Assembly (NCBI GenBank): GCA_030390025.1
Contig: JASTWF010000036.1
Location: 1,178,001-1,242,000 of the forward strand
DNA length: 64,000 nt
Direction of reading: 5' to 3'
Origin: Squalus acanthias
Lineage: Eukaryota
This document shows, piece by piece, positions 11,963-25,108 of this stretch. The first letter of the stretch is position 1; the number at the start of each line of letters is the position of its first letter. The position numbers and the translations under genes were made by a program. The notes under the pieces are model-generated. The model was not told the origin of the DNA and did no database searches. It saw nothing but the letters and a program-made list of their open reading frames with translations.

Positions 11963-13198
11963 CCTTGTTTTTAGCCTTGGTGATGTCCTGCATTATAGGC
12001 CTTGGCCTTTCATTTCTATTTCTCAAAGTAAAATCAAATCAAATCTAATAAGACCAGTTGCAGCTGAAGAGGCGAGAATGGCCTTTCTGATTTGCCATGT
12101 CCGAGGGGTGGGATGAGCTGTCTTACCCTTGACTCCCGTGCCCAAATTGATATTTTTCACCTCCCAGGCACTTTTCTTCTCTGCCCTGAGTTCGGAAATG
12201 GATCACTGAACCTGTAGTTACCGGGGCTATAGATCAATTTGCTGCTGAGGAAAACGCATAGCTCCTTGCTTACTTGTTCAACTAAGTATGACTGAGTGTG
12301 GCCCGAGCTCCACAGGGGGCACAACTTTTTACATCTAAAATATCGGTGATTCTGGTGGTAGATTCTGCAATTATTCGCCTTGACTCTTCCATTTCTCAAA
12401 GCTTGCACACACCACTGCCTGCAGTTAAGAAGCAGCTGCAGCTCTCGATGTGCCTGTCCCATGTACTTATGGATAATGTCTTTTCCTATGGCCTCTCTGG
12501 GAGGGTCAGTGCACTGTCAGAAGCGAATACTTTAAAGCCCATGCCTGCCTAGACCTGTGCAAGACTCTTCCGAGTTCTCATTTATTTGCTCAAGTTGATG
12601 GAATGAATTGACTCGGCTAATTGTATGGTTTTCGAGCACAAGCTTTCATGGGCCACAAAGAACTGAAAATTTAGCAGCAGAGTTTTAACAGTGAGCATTC
12701 ATGCAGCAAGGCCTTCACTTGAAGCAGGTATGGTAACAGCGGGCCCAGGAATCTTATTACATTGGGCTAGGCCGATGGATAGTAAAGAAGATTTGTAACG
12801 GCTGTGGAACTGAGGTGCCAGTGATTCGTGGATTGCAATATCTGGTTTCCATTGTACCTGAATGATTTGGTTTTGCCTTGAAGGTTTGCAGGAGGTGGTT
12901 CCACTTCTGATTGTGTCTACATTTGCCAATTTATCTCTGGTTGTGAACATAATGCTTCAAAATGCTGGTCAGGTTGTGTTGCCCTGCTAGTTTACGACTG
13001 GGTTACAGTAGACCTTTGCTATCTGTTGTTGAAGAGACCCCCCTGACGGGTAATGGGAGAATCCCCAAATTTTGGTCTTAAAGGTGTGAAATACTGTGAG
13101 CACTGGAGTGAGAACAAGTCGAATACAAATGGCGTAAATTGAATTTAATCTTCCTTGGGCTGTGAGGTTGATTTTATGCCAGACAAGAGGAGATGGTG

Positions 13199-13348
13199 CA
13201 AAAGCAAAATACTGCGGATGCTGGAAATCTGAAATAAAAACTGAAAATGCTGGAAACACTCAGCGGGTCAGGCAGCATCTGCGGAGAGAGAGAGAGAGTT
13301 AGGGTTAACGTTTCAGGTCAATGACCTTCCATCAGACCTGGAGATCGG
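13199..13348 (-). mobile_element. Short Penelope-like terminal fragment with a degenerate hammerhead motif
   Basis: 14-bp TSD aagaggagatggtg (13185-13198, 13349-13362); minus strand CTGATGGA-AGGTCA..TGACCT-GAAACGTT at 13303-13338. Confidence 0.65.
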
Positions 13349-13644
13349 AAGAGGAGATGGTGGCTGTCTCGTAAGGCAATGACTCGTGCAGCGCTTCATC
13401 CCATGATAGTTCTGGCAGATAATCAGGCAGGTGGATAATGGGGATTCCATACCAGGTTTAAATGCAAGCAGAATGATCGTTGGGTTGAAGTGTATTCTGT
13501 GTTGGAAAGCAGAGATGGGAGCATGTTACAAGATAGTAAGGTTTCAGCTAATGTGATAAGTGTTATTAATGTGCCTTCTTGATTCTTTATAACAGGTGCA
13601 GTTATATTTGTGCAGGGTGTGTTTTTGCCAGTAGTCCCATGGTT

Positions 13645-13960
13645 ATAGAATCATACAGCACAGAAGGAGGCCGCTCGGCCCATCATGCCTGTGCTGGCTC
13701 TTTGAAAGAGCGATCCAATTAGTCCCACACCCCTTGCTCTTTCCCCAGAGCCCTGCAAATTTTCCCCTTCAAGTATCGATCCGATTCCCCTTTTGAAAGT
13801 TACTGTTGAATCTGCTTCCACCGCCACTGAATATGAGGCGCTGTGTATAACGGGCGACTGAGCCGATACTGCCCGTTCTGCGCCACAGCGCGAGGCGAAT
13901 TTCGAGACCGGTTTCTCCCTATCTACTCTATCAAAACCCCTCATCATTTTGAACACCTTT
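13645..13960 (-). mobile_element. CR1 3' fragment
   Basis: Minus strand encodes FKMMRGFDRVDREK and VEADSTVTFKR; CR1 tail. Confidence 0.8.
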
Positions 13961-14124
13961 TGAGGAGCAGTGATGCTCGGTTTTATTTCACTGCATGGCA
14001 GAAGGAAGCAGCAGGCCCTGTACATAATATAAACCTGCAACACGACCAAGGTATGAAAGCAAAACTGCTGGAAATACACAGCAAGTCTGTCAGCATTTGA
14101 AAAGAGAAAACACGGGTTAAAGAA

Positions 14125-14850
14125 AGAGAGACTTGCATTTCTATAGCACTATTCACGACCTCAGGACGTCCCAAAGCGCTTTACAGCCAATTAAGTGCTT
14201 TTGAAGCGTAGTCACTGTTGTAATGTGGGAAACACAGCAGCCAATTTGTGCACAGTAAGCTCCCACTAACAGCAATGAAATAAATGACCAGATCAATTTT
14301 AGTGATGTTGATTGAGGGATAAATATTGGCCCCAGGACACCGGGGAGAACTCCCACTGCTCTTCTTCAAATAGTGCCCATGGGATCTTTTTACATCCGCC
14401 TGAGAGGGCAGACGGGGCCTCGGTTTAACATCTCATCCGAAAGACAACAACAACAACTTGCATTTATACAGCGCCTCTAATGGCCCAAGGTGTTTCACAG
14501 GAGTGATTATCAAACAAAATTTGACACCGAGCCACATGAAATATTAGGACAGGGGACCGAAAGCTTGGTCAAAGTGGTAAGTTTTAAGGAGCGTCCTAAA
14601 GGAGGAGAGAGAGGTAGAGAGGTTTAGGGAGGGAATTCCAGAGCTTAGGGCCGAGGCAGCGCTACCAATGGTGGAGTGATGAAAATCAAGGATGCACAGG
14701 AGGCCAAGACGGCACCTCCGACAGTGCAGCACTCCCTCACTACTGCACTGGGAGTGTCAACCTGGATAATTTGCTCAAGTCTCATGGAGAGGGGCTTAGA
14801 ACCCACAACCTTCTGGCATCAGAGGCGAGAGTGCTACGCACTGAGCCAAG
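14125..14850 (-). mobile_element. SacSINE1-like SINE interrupted by an L2 3' fragment
   Basis: Reverse-complement SINE head 14711-14850 and body 14125-14445, with aagac duplicated at the break. Confidence 0.85.
14446..14705 (-). mobile_element. L2-like LINE 3' end with (TTG)n tail
   Basis: Minus strand encodes SLSSFRTLLKTYHF; tail ggcgctgtataaatgcaagttgttg; flanked by 5-bp aagac duplication (14441-14445, 14706-14710). Confidence 0.8.
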
Positions 14851-15364
14851 AGTGACCTTAGCTTAACAACTTTTGAGTGGAAACCTTTTCATCATAACTG
14901 AAACGGGAAGGTGAGGTGAGGTGAGGCGAGGTTTAATGTGACCTCACGTTTCACCGATTTCCAACTTTTTCAACAAAAGAGAAATGTCCACACACAATCG
15001 AGCAACCTGGTGATGGTCACTTTCCGAGCAGGCACAGGAGGAATGGCTGCTTGGGAGAAGCGTGACCAGCTGGGCCGGCCTGTGACCGTGGAAGCCAAAC
15101 CCCAGGAAAAGTCGCCGCTTTCAGGAGAGGAGTGGAGAAAAGTTAGAGGGGAAGAATAAAATGCCCTTGGGATTCCTTGGGTTTAATTAGAATGATTAAT
15201 ACAGCAACTCGAAAGCTGCACTTGCGAAAACAATGGCTCACAAAAGCTCTTAATTGCCGAGACTTATTTGAGCACCGTGGAGGTGGCAGGATTTTTTCCC
15301 CAAGGGCCCCTTTTAAGAGCCATAAGGAAAATGTATGCATGCAATAGGACAAAATTACACACAG

Positions 15365-15596
15365 CATAGGTTGTGAATCTTTGGAATTCTCTCCCCCAGA
15401 GGGCTGTGGAGGCTCAGTCGTTGAGTATATTGAAGACTGAGATCGATAGATTTTTGGATATTATGGGAATCAAGGGATATGGGGATAGTGCAGGAAAGTG
15501 GAGTTGAGGTCGAAGATCAGCCATGATCTCATTGAATGGCGGAGCAGGCTCGAGGGGCCGAATGGCCGACTCCTGCTCCTAATTCTTATGTTCTTA
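15365..15596 (+). mobile_element. CR1 3' fragment
   Basis: gttgtgaatctttggaattctct...gggccgaatggccgactcctgctcctaattcttatgttctta. Confidence 0.85.
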
Positions 15597-16429
15597 AAGG
15601 GGCAGAAAAGCCGGGATTCCACAGCAACTAAGCTGCCAAGAGAAAACGGTCCAATCAATGAAGAACAGACAAAGATGATCAAAAAGTATCTTGCTGTCTG
15701 TATTCTGCTGGAACAATTATTAAGAGTATCAAAGATCGTAAACATTGTGTTTTGAATTACCATTTTAACTGCTGTTTTCGCCTTCTGGTTGCCAATTAGC
15801 TTCAGCCCACTGCTTATCGCGTGCAGCTCTCTGATAACTTTAGACTATATTAATTTTCTTTCATTTTTTTTTTAAAGCCAGCACAAAATTAGTACTTGAT
15901 TATCTTCCGTGCGAACGTCTGTGATTCCTTCTCTTTGAGAATTTTTGGTGAAATAGTTTCGATTTAATGCATGTAATTAAATGCCTGTTGCAATGTCAGC
16001 TCCTGTGCACAGGTGTGTGTGGGTGATTGGAGTGTGGATTTATGAAATCATTTTTTTCTTAATGGGGAGCAAACACAACACCATCAATTTGGAATCATTT
16101 GGCAAACACAAAAACATGAGGCATTGTGTGTTTCCGAACTGAACAATTTGTATTTTTTTGAAACCTCTTTTTGAAACTGCCAACTCCTGTTGGCAGCATC
16201 CCTTCTGAGACGGTGAGCCAGAGAATTTGAACTCTTTCCCCTCCCGCTCCACGTGAATGATTCCTGTGTTTTGGGTGAAAATCAGGTATTGTTATTGGGT
16301 ACATTTTAGACGGATTTTCCGATGGGATTCACAGGGAAAGAAAGCTAAAGAGGGGAAAAACCTGTCTTTATAATTAATACCTTATCACAGCGCTGAGGGG
16401 CAGCCCAAAGCCCTTCACATATATTTAAA

Positions 16430-16557
16430 AAACTTGCATTTATATAGCACCTTTCACGTCTCAACGCGCTTTACAGCCAATGAGGCACTGTTGAAGTGTA
16501 GTCACTGTTGTAATGTAGGAACCGCGGCAGCCAATTTGCGCACAGCAAGCTCCCGCA
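16430..16557 (-). mobile_element. SacSINE1-like 3' tail
   Basis: Reverse complement of the SINE tail. Confidence 0.75.
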
Positions 16558-17039
16558 AGCCTGTTCAATGTCATCATCACATCACCACTGTATATCCCTG
16601 TTTACCAGAACCCGGCCGAAATCTGTCGTTCTGGTCCCAAAATCTATCCCGAGCATTTTACCAGAACGTTGATATCCCTTCAACTCATTCCGTTACATCA
16701 TCAATTCAACAGCCAATATCAATTCCAAGTTGAGAGCTGCCATGAAATCATCGCCTGTCGCAAGATGGAGGCAATAAAATATGGTAGCTTTGATTTACGT
16801 AACTGCACAACGTGCCATCATCAATCGGTTACGGCGAATAATACAAGAGTGTGTCTGCCTCGCAGTAAGCTGGCACGAGACCAAACTTTTAGCATGCAGC
16901 CAAGAAAACTAGTGTTGTGGAAGACAGCAAGCCCTGTAATAGTTTTATCATGCTGTGATTGTTAATGAATCTCTTTATGTTGTCAAGATCCATTTTTTTT
17001 TTACATGATTATGGGGTTTTTTTGCTCCCTTTTCTGATC

Positions 17040-17405
17040 ACTTTCTCCCCTTCCTCCTGTACTCCTTGCCGGGATATGGTTCCACAGGCATTGGGTGCCC
17101 ATTGATACCTTGCCCAACTCGCCATTCTTCATATCTTGGCCCAGACCGTGAGTTCTGAGAGGATAGTCAATTGGCGGCCATTGCAGCTGACCCCGATCCC
17201 GACCTCACCTGAAGTCCAGTTTCGGCAGGGGGTAGCTGGATAGTGATTGTGAACGTGGCCCTGGCTGGTTTCCCCCTCCCTAATCCAGGGGTTCCCAGTC
17301 CAACTGTAGCACCCCCGACTGCCACTCTCGCTGAGATGAATGACCTCAGCGCCGACTGAGATCTTCCTGATCTTTGTGGCTCAGCTACTCACTGCCTGAA
17401 CCAGC
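17040..17405 (-). mobile_element. AmnSINE2-like ancient SINE
   Basis: Minus strand has ctgagccacaaagatcaggaag...gctacagttgg...gggaaaccagccaggg...ggtgaggtcgggatcggg...gaagaatggc...gtggaacc, resembling the recalled AmnSINE2 layout; homologous to 41160-41590. Confidence 0.6.
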
Positions 17406-17547
17406 TGCTAATTACTCTCTAATTGGCTTCTAGGAACGGTTTAATCGAGCTCCTTTGATGCCCTCCTGTAGCTCATTTCCTGATTTATGCCCTGCGATAC
17501 AACTGGTATACCGTGTCAAGTATTCAGAGGATCTCGAGGCCGCCTTC

Positions 17548-17878
17548 TTTTTTTAAAATTTGTATTTGGGATGTGGGCGTCGCTGGCAAGGCCAGCATTT
17601 ATTGCCCATCCCTAGTTGCCCTTGAGAAGGTGGTAGTGAGCCGCCTTCTTGAACCGCTGCAGTCCATGTGGTGAAGGTACTCCCACAGTGCTGTTAGGGA
17701 GGGAGTTCCAGGATTCTGACCCAGCAACGATGAAGGATCGGTGATATATTTCCAAGTCAGGATGGTGTGTGACTTGGAGGGGAACTTGGAGGTGGTGGTG
17801 TTCCCATGCACCTGCTGCCCTTGTCCTTCTAGGTGGAAGAGGTGGCGGGTTTGGGAGGTGCTGCCAAAGAAGCCTTGG
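17548..17878 (-). mobile_element. LINE family B 3' end
   Basis: Reverse complement of ~11260-11580. Confidence 0.9.
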
Positions 17879-18106
17879 GATAAGAGGTCTGTAGTTTGTT
17901 CTATGCCTGGAGTTTGCTTACAATGTTATCGTTAGGCTGACCTTGAAAATTCAACCGTGATCAGCCCACCATGGGTCGGGCAGGCCATTAGTGTACGACC
18001 CAACTTCCAGTCCGGCTTGCGCTTGTGCAGTGTTATTTTAAAGTACATGGGTACAAAGTGGGCATTTTTGTAGAAGATGCAAGTGGATTTCTCAATGCAC
18101 ATGTAA

Positions 18107-18312
18107 ACAGAATGTACAGCACAGAAACAGGCCGTTCAGCCCAACTGGTCCGTGCGGTGTTTATACTCCACACGAGCCTCCTCCCACCCCTCTTCATCTC
18201 ACTCTATCACCATATCCTTCTATTCCTTTCTCCCTCATGTGTTTATCCAGCTTCCCCTTAAATGCATCTATACTATTCGCCTCAACCACTCCCTGTGGGA
18301 GCGAGTTCCACA
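18107..18312 (-). mobile_element. CR1 3' fragment
   Basis: acagcacagaaacaggcc...gcttcccctta...gagttccaca is a reverse-complement CR1 end. Confidence 0.75.
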
Positions 18313-18381
18313 CACCCAGTAATTTTGTGCTGCTAACCACATTGTATCCTTCTCCTCAGACTGTGCACTGATGCACTCTTA

Positions 18382-19252
18382 GGCCGTGATTTTCTGTTCG
18401 GTGTCGGGATGGGTGCGGGTCAGCTGGTTTCCAGGTTCCGGTCCCGCCCCCAGCTGCCTCCGCTCCACAGACGTGATTTTCCCTTGATTGGCCTTGTTGA
18501 GCCCGCCCTGCGGGCTTAACGGCCAATTAACAGGAAGCGGGTCTGATGACGTCATTTGATGACGTGTCATCTGCCAGCTTCCTTAAAGGGACCATGCACA
18601 ATTTTATTTTGACAGTTGATTTCTCAGTGTTTGACAGCATTGAGGTGCTGAAAACACTGACAATCACTGCACAAAGGTGAACTCTTGCACCCAGGCTCTC
18701 CAATGACTCCCTCCATAGGCTGGAATAGATGGCAGCTGCAGGTGAGATGACAGAAGCGATCTGTCACTGGTGAGAGAGGTTCTCCCAATGAGGTGGCACT
18801 GGACATATAGTTAGATTTAAAAACTTGTAAGCTAAAGAAATCTGTATATGTTTTAAAAATGCAGTACCTAACATTTTCTTTGCTCTGAAACTCACCATGT
18901 GCAACATTGCATCCTTCACACCACTTCTGCAGCTGTCATCATTCCACAAACATTACAGCAGACTCACAAACGCCACACTTACCTGGCGTGGTGTCCGGAC
19001 GTCGTGAAACCCGACCCAGAAGTGGGAAAATCGAGTAACAGGCTGAACACTACTGACAAGTACCTGTTAATAGGCAGGTAATTGCCTTTAATCCGCGTCC
19101 TGCCGCTAGGTGTCGGGTCCATTCGCAAATCGGGGACCCGACACTTGGGAAGGCTATTTGGAGGCGGGTTGACGGCGGGTTCAGGACCCGCCGTCAATCA
19201 AAAGGACTTTAACCTCTGACCCGCCTCTCTGAGCGCCGGCAAAATCGCGGCC
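18382..19252. mobile_element. PIF/Harbinger-like MITE related to family A, opposite orientation
   Basis: TIRs ggccgtgatttt / aaaatcgcggcc, TTA TSD (18379-18381, 19253-19255); 18470-18575 is homologous to the reverse complement of ~2075-2185. Confidence 0.85.
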
Positions 19253-20174
19253 TTAACTTTTACAACTGGCACATACATCAAGTTGTATGAGGTCGCAGTT
19301 GTATGGGTGAAAACTGCCCTAATATGGCCAGGCTGTGAGTGACTGGGAACTGGGAGGTGAGGAGCTGGTTGATGCAGACCCACGTGCGCTACAGGCTCTG
19401 TTATCTGCGAGCGAAGCACCTTTGGCATGCGTGCGAATAGTCAGGAAAAACTGTGACGCGTACGCCAATCTTCTGCTGTAAATGTTCAAAATGCAAATAA
19501 ATAAAAATATTCTAGTTGCTGGTGCCATGGGGGGAGGGGAGTGAGAAGTTTCAACAAACCATTAGTCACGGCTTAATGGTTGCATAAACGTATGGGCATG
19601 CTTGACATTCACAGATCTAATCCAACCATAACTGCGAACAATTCTACCCTATCGTTCCTGACCATCCTTTCACACACTGAGAAATGCTGCTGTTGCTCAT
19701 CGTGCTTCAATACTCAAGCCTGCGCTCAACCTGCCAGTCCTTTTTTTTTCTCAAATCCAAAACACAGTCGGCTTCTTCGTTAAGGACATCATTTTGTCTT
19801 GAAGGTATAATTGAATATCAGTAATACACTGGTGAATGTGTTTCGAAACCAACCAGCTGGCTAAGGACTCTCAATTTGCAATCTTCTTCCACGCTTGGCT
19901 GTCCAAGCCTGAATTTCCCCGCTACAGTTAAAGCACATTTGTGCGCTGTTGTTTAGTTACTCTTAACGGTCAGAAGTACATGGTGGAGTTTTCATGGAAG
20001 CAGAACTTCAAGAAACAGACCCCATGAAAGTGAGTTGCACATTTGGCCTCTCATCTCTAGGCACAAGGCATGGAAATGATAATCGGGAGGTGTGCACAAC
20101 AGACGTCCGAATCTACATCGCCTGTTTTATACTATCACCCATAGTCAAAATTCCCCCCCCCCCCTGTGTCTAGA

Positions 20175-20493
20175 CTGATGAGGTAAAAGTTTCCTCTGTC
20201 TGTCTGGTCCAACCCGAAATGGGTTTGGGCAGTCTCAGTCTGGTTTCTGGTCGGATTTTGGGCCCTTGGCACTGATTGGCCATCTGGCTCGCAGCAGCCA
20301 CCTGAAATGGAAACTGTCAGCCTGGCATGCTCATCTGAGGCTGAGGCAGTTGGCGGCGAGTGGAGGGAGCTGTACTCTTCATCTTAACTGTGCTGTACCT
20401 GACTATGGGAGCGCTTGATGTTGCGTCCGGGTGTCGGAAATGGGAACGTGTCCCATTCTCCAGGCGAAACACGTTCCTTGTTGAGCTCAAAAA
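20175..20493 (+). mobile_element. LF-SINE-like ancient SINE fragment
   Basis: Ordered motifs gtctcagtc, ttggcactgattggc, ctgaggca, tgctgtacctg resemble the recalled LF-SINE consensus. Confidence 0.5.
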
Positions 20494-20772
20494 TCAACCC
20501 GTTTTAACGAAAAAAATGTAAGTGACTGAAATTCTGTTGGAGACCTATGAGGAGTAACTCTGTGAAGCTCTATGCTGGCAGCACAGCCTCGTACAATGAT
20601 TCCTGTCGTGTGCAAGCTGTTCCATCTGAGCACCAGCTTGACACGTTACTTGGTTTCTCCCCAGTCGTTCCTAGAACACTGGTGGACCTTCGCTTGGCTG
20701 TCGCCTGCAACTTGTGGTTGCACCTTAATTCTCAAGCCTTGTTGTACGCAAACATTTGCAATGCCGTAATAT

Positions 20773-20900
20773 AGCAACAACTTGCGTTTATAATGCGCCT
20801 TTAACGTGGTAAAACGTCCCAAGGCGCTTCACAGGAGCGTTACCAAACAAAATTTGACACCGAGCCACATAAGGAGAGGTGACCAAAAACCTGGTCAAAG
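20773..20900 (-). mobile_element. L2-like 3' tail
   Basis: Matches 14446-14580. Confidence 0.75.
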
Positions 20901-21024
20901 ATGGGGAGGGGTGGAGGGCGAAGGGACGAAGTGTCTGGTCATGATGCCCCGGCCATCATGGTGTGGGGCGGGCTTGATGGACCAGCTGGTCTTTTCCTGC
21001 CCGTTAATTTTGTCTGTTCAATTC

Positions 21025-21246
21025 AGTCTAAACCTCTCCACCTCTCTCTCTCTCCACCTCTCTCTCTCTCCACCTCTCTCTCCTCCTTTTAGACGCTCCT
21101 TAAAACCGACCTCTTCGACCAACTTGTCCTAGTATCTCCTTATATGGCTTGGTGTCACATTTTGTTTGATAATCATTCCTGTGAAGCGTCTTTGGACGTT
21201 TTATAACGATAAAGGCGCCGTATAAATACAAGCTGTTGTTGTTGTT
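21025..21246 (+). mobile_element. L2-like 3' tail
   Basis: ctcctcctttagacgctccttaaaacc...aaaggcgccgtataaatacaag followed by (ttg)n. Confidence 0.8.
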
Positions 21247-22544
21247 TAATATTTTCAAGTGTAACAAGTCCTTTAGAATTGGAAACTAACAGTTTGTGTA
21301 GGGTTTTGTATCCATGATCTTCCCTTTTCATGGTAAAGATTGTAACTCAATCCAGAACACATTGGCGATAATTGCGAATCATTCAACTCAAAACACACTC
21401 TTGAGTGTTGTGCCGAACGAGACCTGCCCCAACAGTGGGTAAATGACTCAGACTCAAACCTGCACTAGGGAGACCACCTGTCTGTTTATTCAGAGCTGGT
21501 GCTTAGATCTCATTCTGGCTTTTAGTCATTAAAACAGGCTACAATGAGCAAGGATGTGTCACTCGTGCTTAAAACACTTGCCACCCCGGAGCACAAAATA
21601 AGCGATTCATTGAATCCTACTAAAGCATGCCCAGCTCGGAAGTAACCTGCAATTGTCAGATAACGGATTTTTTGTCATTGTTCGATGACGCTAAGACTCT
21701 TTTCTTTCTTTATGAATTGACAATGAGCCCAGTCGGCAGCAGTGTGATGTGCCCATTTCCCACAGGTGGATGTGTTTGTGTGGCCTGCCTCGCCATTGTC
21801 GAATGTTTGAAAGAGAACATCTTTCAAAATGGGGTGGTGGCAGAATTTCAAAATAATCGACGAACTGGGAAACCAAAAGGGCTCTGTGAAGTGTCCCAAT
21901 GATTGGTTTAAAAAAAAAGAAAACCTACTTCATCATATTCAGTAGGTTAGTGACAAAAGGATTGTGTGGTAGATTTGAAACATTTTTTAAAAAGATAAAT
22001 TTGAGGTTGCCTCCCCCCCCCCCCCGCCCACACATTCATTGTTCACCACCCTGTACAGTGCTCTGAGACATCTCCCTGGACGTGAGGAGCTCCGTAGACA
22101 TGCATGTTCTTGTCTTTGTATGGCGACCCATGATTCTTTGCACCCCGGGATTTGACATTTGACCTGTGACGCCCCAGGCAGCAGTTTAGGATGTGCTGGG
22201 TTGGTTGCAGGTTGGAGGCCGAGACTGGTTCTCTGTCTGAAAAGTTGCTGAAGGTTTCACTGGATTATATTGACATGAATACCATCAACGCAAGAGTAAT
22301 GTGAAATAAGAGGGAGAAATATTGGAAGAATTCTGATGTATGTTGTATTGACATTTTTTGGTAATAAATAGTACCCAGTGATGTAAGTATATAAAATGTT
22401 GTTTGGTGTCCAGATACAGTGCATGCACAAGAGATTGATTGCTAACACATGTTGAACCAATATACATCCTTGTCTTTAATATAACATTAATATAAAACTG
22501 GATGTCTGGCAGCAATCCTGGATAGTCCTGATCTGACTGACATC

Positions 22545-25108
22545 TGTGAGCATAAAAAAAGCCTGAGGGTTTTATACCTTAATGCGAGAAGCATCAGGAA
22601 CAAGGTAGATGAATTAGCTGTGGAAATAGAGGTTAATAATTATGATCTAATTGGGATTACGGAAACATGGTTGCAGGGTGAGCAGGGCTGGGAGCTTAAC
22701 ATACAGGGGTATTCAGTATTTAGGAAGGATCGACAAAAAAGAAAGGGAGGAGGGGTAGCATTGCTGGTAAAAGAGGGGATAAATGCAATTGAAAGGAAGG
22801 ATATTAACTCAGTTAATACAGAATCTATATGGGTGGAGCTAAGAAATAGCGAGGGGCGAAAAACATTAATAGGAGTGGTATATAGGCCTCCAAATAGTAA
22901 AATAGAGGTTGGGGAGGGCATCACGAGGGAAATTAGAGAAGCGTGCAATAAGAGCACAGCTGTCATCATAGGTGACTTTAACTTACATATAGATTGGACT
23001 AGCCTAATCAGTAAAAATAATGAGGAGGAGGAATTCCTTGAGTGTTTAAGGGATGGTTATCTGGATCAATATGTCGAGGAACCAACTCGGGAACAGGCTA
23101 TATTGGACTGGGTACTGTGCAATGAGAAGGGACTAATTAGTAATCTTGTTGTACGGGGACCCTTGGGTCAGAGCGATCATAACATGATCGATTTCTCACT
23201 CGAAATGGAGAGCGAAGAAATTGACTCAGAGACTCAGGTCCTGAATTTAAACAAGGGGAATTATGATGCCATTAGACGGGAACTGAGTAGGTCTGATTGG
23301 ACAACGTTCCTGGGAGGACTGGAGGTAGATAAACAATGGCAAGCATTTAAAGATAGAATGACAAAATTGCAAAAATTGTTTATACCAATCTGGCATAAAA
23401 GGAAATCTAAAAAGGTGACTCAACCGTGGATAACAGGGGAAATTAGAGACAGCATAAAATCCAAAGATAGGGCGTATAAAATAGCCAAAAAACGCGCCAG
23501 AGCGGAAGATTGGGAACAGTTTAAGATAGAGCAAAGGAGGGCAAAGGGCTTAATCAAGAAGGGCAAAATAGCTTACGAAAGCAAGCTGGCGGAAAATATA
23601 AAAACTAACTCCAAAAGCTTTTATAAGTATATCAAGAGGAAAAGACTGGTGAAAACCAAAGTTGGTCCATTGCAGTCAGATACGGGGGAATATATAATGG
23701 GAAATAAGGAAATGGCAGACCAACTAAATGCATACTTTGGGTCAGTCTTTACGAAGGAAGACACAAAAAACCTCCCTGGGATATCGGGAAAAATAGGGAC
23801 ATTGGCAAAGGAGGAACTGACGCAAATCAATATCTCTAAGGATATGGTGTTAAGGAAGCTAAAGGGATTGAAGGCGGACAAATCCCCAGGGCCTGATAAC
23901 ATGCATCCTAGGGTACTGAAGGAGGTGGCCCTAGAGATAGCGGATGCACTAAGCATGATTTTTCAGAATTCATTAGACTCGGGAACAGTGCCCATGGATT
24001 GGAGGGTAGCTAACGTTACCCCACTATTCAAAAAGGGGGGTAGGGAAAAAGCAGGTAATTACAGACCTGTAAGCCTTACATCAGTTGTGGGCAAAATGCT
24101 GGAGTCCATCATTAAGGATGAAATAGCCGAGCACTTAGCAAATGGGGACAGGATAGGACAGAGTCAACATGGATTTACAAAGGGTAAATCGTGCTTGACT
24201 AATCTATTGGAATTTTTTGAGGGAGTAACTGGTAAAATAGATGGGGGAGAGCCAGTAGATGTGGTGTACCTGGACTTCCAAAAGGCCTTCGATAAGGTCC
24301 CACATAAAAGATTAGCATGGAAAATTGAAGCTCATGGATAAAGGGGAAAGTATTGACGTGGATAGAGAACTGGCTGTCAGATAGAAAACAGAGAGTTGGA
24401 ATAAACGGCTCATTTTCTGAATGGCAGGCAGTAACAAGTGGGGTACCACAGGGATCTGTCCTGGGTCCCCAGCTGTTCACAATTTATATTAATGACCTGG
24501 ATCAGGGAGTCGAATGCAGCATTTCCAAATTTGCAGACGACACTAAACTAGGAGGGGGGGTGGGCTCAGAGGAGGAGACCAGGAAGCTCCAGAGCGATTT
24601 GGACAGACTGGGTGATTGGGCGGATAAATGGCAGATGCACTATAATGTGGACAAGTGCGAAGTTATCCACCTTGGGTGCAGGAACGGGAGGGCAAATTAT
24701 TATTTAAATGGCAATAAATTGGGAGAGGGGGAAGTACAGAGAGACCTGGGTGTTCTTGTACACCAGTCACTGAAGGCGAGCATGCAGGTGCAACAGGCGG
24801 TCAAGAAGGCAAACGGTATGCTGGCCTTCATAGCAAAAGGGTTGGAATACAGGAACAGGGATACCTTGCTGCAGCTGTACAGGGCACTGGTGAGACCACA
24901 CCTCGAGTACTGTGTACAGTTTTGGTCGCCTCATCTGAGGAAAGATGTTCTTGCCATGGAGGGGGTGCAGCGGCGATTCACCAGGCTGATACCAGGAATG
25001 GCGGGATTGACCTATGAGGAGAGACTATGTAGTTTAGGGATGTACACACTGGAGTTTAGAAGATTGAGAGGGGACCTCATAGAAGTGTATAAAATTCTGA
25101 CAGGTCTA
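22545..25108 (+). pseudogene. CR1 LINE ORF2 (APE endonuclease + reverse transcriptase), one frameshift near 24338, 3' end missing
   Basis: APE motifs YLNARS, ITETW, GGGV, YRPP, GDFN, SDH; RT motifs KSPGPD, NYRPVSL, YLDFQKAFDKVPH, GVPQGSVLGP, FADD; the 573-aa and 253-aa ORFs join if 1 bp is restored (HGIKGKVLTW). Confidence 0.95.
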
